Shown in pieces: positions 56,639 through 64,000 of a DNA stretch of 64,000 nt. Positions within the stretch are counted from its first letter, which is position 1. The number at the start of each line of letters is the position of its first letter. The translations under genes were made by a program, and so were the position numbers. Location of the stretch: the NCBI RefSeq assembly GCF_009914755.1, contig NC_060935.1, one strand, 5' to 3'. The DNA is from the human T2T-CHM13v2.0 reference genome, Homo sapiens. The notes under the pieces were generated by a model, which was not told the origin of the DNA, did no database searches, and saw only the letters and a program-made list of their open reading frames with translations.

Positions 56639-57430
56639 GGCTAGACCGTCTACCTACATGACCATGGTTGGCTACAGCTAGCAACAAATTGACTTAGAAG
56701 GATACAAAATAAATAATAGAGCAGAGTGGTGTCTGCAAGTCTTCACAGTAGACTCAGAGCTTAGGTGTGAGGGAATGAGACGACACAGATGGGTGTGGAA
56801 GCCACCTGGCCTAGGAGCCCCATTCCCCCAGGAACACATCCAGTTTCAAGAATGTCGCAGTCCAGATGTGTTGTACTAATCACAGGTCATAAGCAGTGTT
56901 GCCTGTAATATAGCTGACATTCGACAAGATTTCTAAGGAAACAGTTCTGGAAAGTTAACCTGTGGATGTTAAGTCCTGCTTCATTGTTGGGCACTTAGGT
57001 TGTTTTCAATTTAGTATTATCCCAGATAACGCTGCTCTGTTGCTTCCTAAGGGTGCATTCCTAGGGATGGAATTTTGGCTGTTGCTTCAGTTGTCATAAG
57101 CCTTCCAAAAGATCTTTATTAGCTTACAGGTCCTCCCACCCCGAATTGAGTCAGATGCCAAGAAATCCTGAGCTCAGAGACTGGAGCATGCAGTGAGTCA
57201 ATGAGGCAGATGAGGGTGGAAATAATGCTTTCCTGGATGAAATACTGGTGGCTGTGGGCTGTGGATCAAGAGGAGCCCTAAGCCTACGACAGTGCACTGA
57301 AGCTAGAGATCTAGGATTCAAATTTAAGATAATGAATGGGATGATCACTGGCCTCTTCCCTGAGCCTAGTTATATTGTAGGCAGGAGTCTCTGAAAGGAG
57401 TTTATTTTAGGACAAGTAAAAATAAATCCT

Positions 57431-57752
57431 GGCCAGGTGTGGTGGCTCTCACTTGTAATCCCAGCTATTTGGAAGGCTGAGGCAGGAGGACTGCTTGAGG
57501 CCAGGAGTTCAAGACCAAGCTGGGCAACATAGTGAGACTCTCAACTCTTAAAAAAAAAAAAAAAAGAAAGAAAGAAAGAAAATTAGCTGGGTGTAGCAGT
57601 GTGCACCTGTATCCCCAGCTACTCAGGAGGCTGAGGTGGGAGAATTGCTTGAGCCCAGAAGTTCAAGGCTGCAGTGAGCTATGATTGTGCCACTGCACTC
57701 CAGCTCAGGTGACAAAGGGAGACCCCCATCTCGAAAAAAATAAAAATAAATA
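57431..57752 (+). mobile_element. Alu (J-type) with (AAAG)n linker
   Basis: TSD aaataaatcct. Confidence 0.9.
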
Positions 57753-57977
57753 AATCCTATTTTATATAGTGAGAGTGCACTCATGAAATTCTTTCTTCTA
57801 GGGGTAGTACAGGCTGAAGGAATAAACAGGCTCCTGAAGGGTTTAGAGGAATTCATCACTGTAGAGTCAAACACATCTTGTCAAAGAAAACAGATATCTC
57901 CTGGTAACTTTCTAACCTGTATGGTTAAAAAATAAAATAAAAATCAAGATTCTGCATTATGGGATTCTGCATTATGG

Positions 57978-58295
57978 TTTTTTGTTTGTTTGTTTGTTTG
58001 TTTGTTTGTTTGTTTTGAGATGGAGTCTTGCTTTGTCGCCTAGGCTAGAGTGCAGTGGCTCACTGCAACCTCCACCTCCCGAGTAGTGGGGTCAAATGAT
58101 TCTCCTGCCTCAGCCTCCTGAATAGCTGGGACTACAGGCATGAGCCACCACACCCGGCTAATTTTTATATTTTTAGTAAGGATGGGGTTTCACCATGCTG
58201 GCGAGGCTGGTTTCGAACTCCTGACCTCAGGTGATCCACCTGCCTTGGCCTCCCATAAGTGTTAGGATTACAGGTGTGAGCCACCACGCCTGGCC
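57978..58295 (-). mobile_element. Alu (S-type) with (GTTT)n tail
   Basis: TSD tctgcatta. Confidence 0.9.
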
Positions 58296-58781
58296 TCTGC
58301 ATTAAGTTTTAAAGATAATTCTTCTATAATTACAGTTTCTTTTTACTTGCCTGAACTCTACAATGAGGAAAACAGAATTGAGAATCTTGATCATTTTTGT
58401 GCTACTGATCAAATTAAGTGGTGTAAGATCAATAATTTCTAGTGAGTTAAATATTCAGGGTTCATAAGCAAATGCAGCTTTGTATATAAATATAATTTAT
58501 AACTAAGCACATACATACGGTTCTTTGTACAAATATTTTAACAGATAATTTTCTATAACAAAGATTTATAGACTCAAGGTTGCAAATTATCGGTCCTTGG
58601 AATTATTAAAACAAACCTTCTGATGTTATAGGCAAGATCTTTATCCTTCTTGTTAAATAGACTTGGACCAAAATTTAACTTTGATGATATGATACAGATT
58701 ATTTATATTTGTAGTTTATAATTTTATAGTAACTGCTATATATTAATAAATATTTACTAATTTTATCTTTTTTTCCTAAAC

Positions 58782-59397
58782 CTGTGTTTGACAAGCTGTT
58801 TCTGTAAAGGTCCAAATAGTAAATATTTTAGGTCTTATGGGACAATAGGCCAAATCTAGGATATCATGTAGGTACTTATATAACAAGAGAAAAAACTCCT
58901 ACCCTGTCCCACCCTCTTTGCCTGGGGAAGGGGCCAGGTCTCAGGTAGTGGGCATGCTTTGTGCTCTGTTGTCATAAGCTGAGACAATCTCAGAAAGAGG
59001 GGCATGTGGCCACCGGAGTAATTTTCAGCCTCTGCACCAGTGACACCCAGATTCTGGCATGCCCTTTCCTCCTTATGGATGGCTCAGCTGTTTCAACTTG
59101 AGTGGCTAGCTGGAAGAGAGACAGCTCAGCAAGGCAGCTCACTTAGTGTCCAGAAGTTACCAACAGTGGAGTCCCCACTATGTAGGTCCCGATGAGCATA
59201 GGTCCTGGGTAGCTGCAAGTCATTGTCACCAGTTGGGGGAGGCAAGGACTAAGAGCAGAGTGAGGAAAAGGGGTAGGAGGGGATACTGTAGCTTGGTCTT
59301 CACAGCCTACAGTGCTAGCTAGCCTCCTCAAGAGGTGTTCATGGGCCATATAAAAATAGACAGCAGACTGGATTTGGTCATAGTTTGCCCACACTTG
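58782..59397. mobile_element. MER58-family (B/C/D-like) termini enclosing unrelated sequence
   Basis: tctgtaaaggtccaaatagtaaatattttagg (left); ggatttggtcatagtttgccc (right). Confidence 0.7.
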
Positions 59398-59496
59398 CTC
59401 TAGCCTTTGGGCCTTCTCGCTTTGGGCCCTGCCTTGTGTGTCCCAGAGTAGTAATCCATAGAAGATATGTCTCAGGGTGGGTCTTTCTAGCTCTAA

Positions 59497-59664
<168 letters not shown>

Positions 59665-59796
59665 TGACACCTCCAAATTGCTCAAGTTGATGTCACTTGT
59701 TTAATGGAAGAGAAAGGCACTAGGGTGAGATAAGCCACATAAAATCCTTCAAGATGTGCATATGCATGGACATTCCTTCCTTAAAGTTTGGAAAGC

Positions 59797-60161
59797 AACA
59801 CAGCCATAAAAAAAGATAAAACCATGTGCGTTGCAGCAACATGCCAGCTGGAGGCCTTTATCATAAGCCAGTTAATGCAGGAACAGAAAACCAAATACTG
59901 CATGTTCTTACTTATAAGTGGGAACTAAACATTGGATATTCATGGACATAAAGATGGCAACAGTAGGCACTGGGGACTACAAGAGGAGGAGGGAGTGGGG
60001 ACAACAGTTGAAAAACTATCTGTTAGGTAACTGTGCTCATTACATGGGCAACAGGATCATTCGCACCCCAGACCTCAGTATCACGCAGTATGCCCATGTA
60101 ACAAACCTGCACATGTACCCTCTGAATCTAAAATAAAAGTTGAAATTATTAAAAAAAAAAA
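59797..60161 (+). mobile_element. L1PA/PB-like 3' UTR with AATAAA and A-tail
   Basis: cagccataaaaaaaga...aacctgcacatgtaccctctgaatctaaaataaaagtt. Confidence 0.88.
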
Positions 60162-60754
60162 TTAGCCAGATCTCAGATGTACCCTATAATTTTTCTCTTT
60201 AGGGCCATTATAGGAAAGAGCCACTTTATCCAGCAGGAAGTTAACATTCATTCAGTAGATACTTTTTAATGCCTGCTATGTGTCTAGACACATAGCTATG
60301 TGCCAGAATTACAAAAGTGTACAAAAATAAACATGGTTTTTGCCCAGATAAACTTTACTCTTAGGTGGGAGAGATGGCTATTACAGTAACAAACACAGAT
60401 AAAAATAAAATTACAACTTTAATAAGCATTATGTAGGAAAGGTTCATGATGCTGTAAACACATGTAGTAGTGTCATTTGACCTAGTCTTGGGGCTCAAAG
60501 ATGGCTTCCTTGAAGAAGTGACTATGGAGCTGACTTGAACAATGAATAGCAGTTAAGTGGATGAAGTGAGAACCAGGCAGAGGAAAGAGCATTCATAAGA
60601 GTCCTGTCACGGGAGAAAGTGTGGGTGTTTTTGAGGAACTAAGACCATTGCGGTTGTATGGCCAAGAAGTGCCTGGAGAAGTAGTGACTAGACTAGAAAA
60701 AAGCCTGTGGGCCAAATTAAAGATTTTGATTTTTATGCTAAAAATCCTGGGAGG

Positions 60755-61030
60755 GGCCGGGCACAGTGGCTCACTTTGGGAGGCTGAGGCAGGCAGATTG
60801 CTTGAGCCCAGGAGTTCAAGACCAGCCTGAGCACCATAGTGAGACCCCATCTCTACAAAAAAATGAGACAAAAAAAAAAAAAACCTAGCCGGGCGTGGTG
60901 GCACATGCCTGTAGTCCCAGCTACTTTGGAGACCAAGGTGGGAAGTCACTTGAGCCTTGCAGTGAGCTTGTTCATGCCACCAAACTCCAGCCTGGGCAAC
61001 AGAGCAAGACGTTGTCTCTAAATAAGTAAA
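60755..61030 (+). mobile_element. Alu (J-type, internal deletions)
   Basis: Alu homology. Confidence 0.88.
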
Positions 61031-61039
61031 AATTCACAA

Positions 61040-61517
61040 AATGTATAATAATCATGCAAAGGCACAACAATAAATGATGGGGCACAAAAGTGCTTAGTCC
61101 ATATTGGTAATTGTTTTTGAACTGCACAGTGGTAGGAGTTGCTCCTTACAATTTTTACTTTGTGAACTCTTATTCCTTGATTTAACCCACAGCCGCTACA
61201 ACAACAGCCACTGTCACTTACTGCTTTACCAAAAATTGGGGAAGCTTTCATACTTGCTTTGTTAATCTTTAACTGTATGTGTAAAGCTACACATTTCATT
61301 TCAACATTTAATATTAAAAGTGTTTTGAGTCTTTACTTAAGAGACAATTTGGTGTCTCTTAAATAGAGGTTTAGTGATGTCTTTGTGACAGAAATATGAC
61401 ACAGGAACTGAACTCTTGTTTCTATCAATTAGCCTGTGGTAAAATTGGTTTTGTTATATGTCGTTTCATTTAAAGTCACAGTTTCCAAGAAACTGTCAGT
61501 GAAGTGAGGACATACTG
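61040..61517. mobile_element. MER82-like TcMar-Tigger fragment
   Basis: Terminus tttaaagtcacagtttccaagaa...aagtgaggacatactg followed by TA. Confidence 0.75.
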
Positions 61518-62139
61518 TATTTGAGAAGTATTTTGGACTTAGATATAGTTTGGTTCTGAAGACTGAAGGGAAAAATACAAAGGAAATATAGGTTTCAAAG
61601 CTGAGATTTCTGATTCGGCAACTGCTTGGATGGTAGTACCTTTCACTGAGATAGGAAATGCTGCAAGAGCAGCAGGTGGACATCACGGAGAGATGCTTAA
61701 ATATGGGTAAATTAACAACCAATCTGAGAAACGCAAGTAAATATTTCTATTTTTTCAGAATGGAAATATATCTTTATTGTTTTGCTGTTTATAAAAGTAA
61801 TATGTTCTCTTTGTAATTATTTAAACAACACAGAAGTGCTCCCTGTCTCAGTGTCATCCCCCAAGACCCCACCCCAAGAAGGAATATTTCCATCACCTTG
61901 GGTAACTTTAATCTAGTACCGTTTAAGGCCAGGGACTTTGTCCCTCAGTATCATGGGAATATTCTAATTTTTTCTCTACTGGATCAAATTGAAAACAGTA
62001 CATTGGATCACTTTATTGACAGTTTATTAGGTTCCTTTTTGAACAACTGTCTTGTGCTTTACCTTCATTTCCCTCTTACCTATTTGTGTAGACATTGGAT
62101 CTTCCTTTAACCAGTTTACTCCCCAGAAGAGATTTCTAG

Positions 62140-62700
62140 ACCATGTCACCATTTTGACCATTTTGAAGTATACAATTCATGCATTAATTACATTTGCAGT
62201 GTTCTGCAACATTTTCACTGTCTAATTCCAAAATTTTTCTTCATCCCAAACAGAAACTCTGCCCATTAAGCAGTAACTCATTACCCCTTCCCACAGCCCT
62301 GGTTTACCTCTAATATACTTTCCATCTCTGTGAACATGCCTATTGTAGATATTTCATGTAAATGGAATCATACAATATTTGTCCCTTTGTCTCTGGCTTT
62401 TTTCACTTAGCGTAGTGTTTTCAGAGTTCATCCATGTATAGAATGTATCATTCCTTTATATGGCTGAATAGTATTCCATTGTGTGTGACACCGCATTTGG
62501 TTTATTCATTCATCTGTGGATAGGCACTTGAGTTGTTTCCACTTTTTGGCTACTGTGAGTAACGCTGTGAGCACTGGCGTTTAAGTGTGTTTAGTCCCTA
62601 GTTTCATATCTTTTGGGTTTATACCGAGAATGGAATTGCTTGGTCATTTGGTAATTTTATGTTTAACTTTTTGAGGACATGCCAAACTCTTTGCTTTCTT
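62140..62700 (-). mobile_element. L1MB-like 3' region
   Basis: catttttgaagtatacaattca-like; aatggaatcatacaatatttgtc. Confidence 0.8.
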
Positions 62701-62718
62701 AATTATGATAATGCTTAA

Positions 62719-63056
<338 letters not shown>

Positions 63057-63560
63057 TCCTCTTATTTCTTTAAATTCCTTGAAGTGAAATTAATGGGTCA
63101 AAAGGTGCAACAATTTGAGATACCATGCTAAATCCTATCTGAAAGGCTTGAACCCCTTTTGCTGCTGCCACAAATGTCTGAGAATGCCCTTGTCACCAAA
63201 CCAACATGGCACTTAATATTTCACTGTTTTAAATGTTGGAGAATATTGTTGTCCATTTCTGGTGGAACCATAGTCTGGCGACAGAATGGCTTGCCTGACA
63301 CAGCTTTTGATCACCAGCCCCAAGTCCTTCTCCCTCCCCTTCCCCTTATCCTTTGGTGCTGATCCAGCCCAGTTTATAGGTTCTGTTACATCTAACTTCC
63401 CAACTGTCTCTAGTCTGGTCACTTCTCCCCATCTGCCCAGCAAAGATGAGGTCGATTTGACTTGTAAAAGATTACCTTTTCTAAACAGTTTAAAAAAAAA
63501 AAGATGTCCTCTAACTCTGGGCCTCCCGCTGCCACTGTGCCTCTTCTCTAGAAGGCCTGA

Positions 63561-63938
<378 letters not shown>

Positions 63939-64000
63939 TAGGTAAACAGTGGTTACAACCTGGCTGGGTCTGAGAGGAACCTGAGGCTGCAGCTAGTGAG

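Noticed and set aside
56700-56960. Apparently unique stretch between repeats in intron 5
   Set aside because: No recognisable ORF, RNA motif or splice pair; cannot be supported without conservation data

Overview
Human genomic DNA (AluYb8 present) covering most of RNF121 (RING finger protein 121, chr11q13; identified by recognising the spliced translation, not by a search) on the + strand. Six coding exons (2-7 by my recollection of the gene) splice in frame to VDMSDLSPEEQWRVEHARMHAKHRGH...CAVC...LSCNHV. Exon 1 lies upstream of the window; the rest of the RING-H2 domain lies downstream. The introns hold about 55 Alus plus L1, L2, MIR, CR1, MaLR and hAT/Tigger relics, and almost all ORFs in the supplied track are repeat-derived noise. 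Best lead: back-splicing of exons 2+3 gives a 180-nt circle with TWO stop-free reading frames and an ATG created only at the junction, and these exons are bracketed by oppositely oriented Alu arrays (candidate rolling-circle translation template). Other leads: a U12-type 5' splice site splitting the RING domain, several repeat-derived candidate poison exons, a candidate intronic poly(A) site, a human-specific AluYb8 inside a palindromic tandem triplication, and a MER58 shell with a foreign interior. No prokaryote-type systems, tRNA or rRNA were seen. Repeat subfamily calls and boundaries are by eye.
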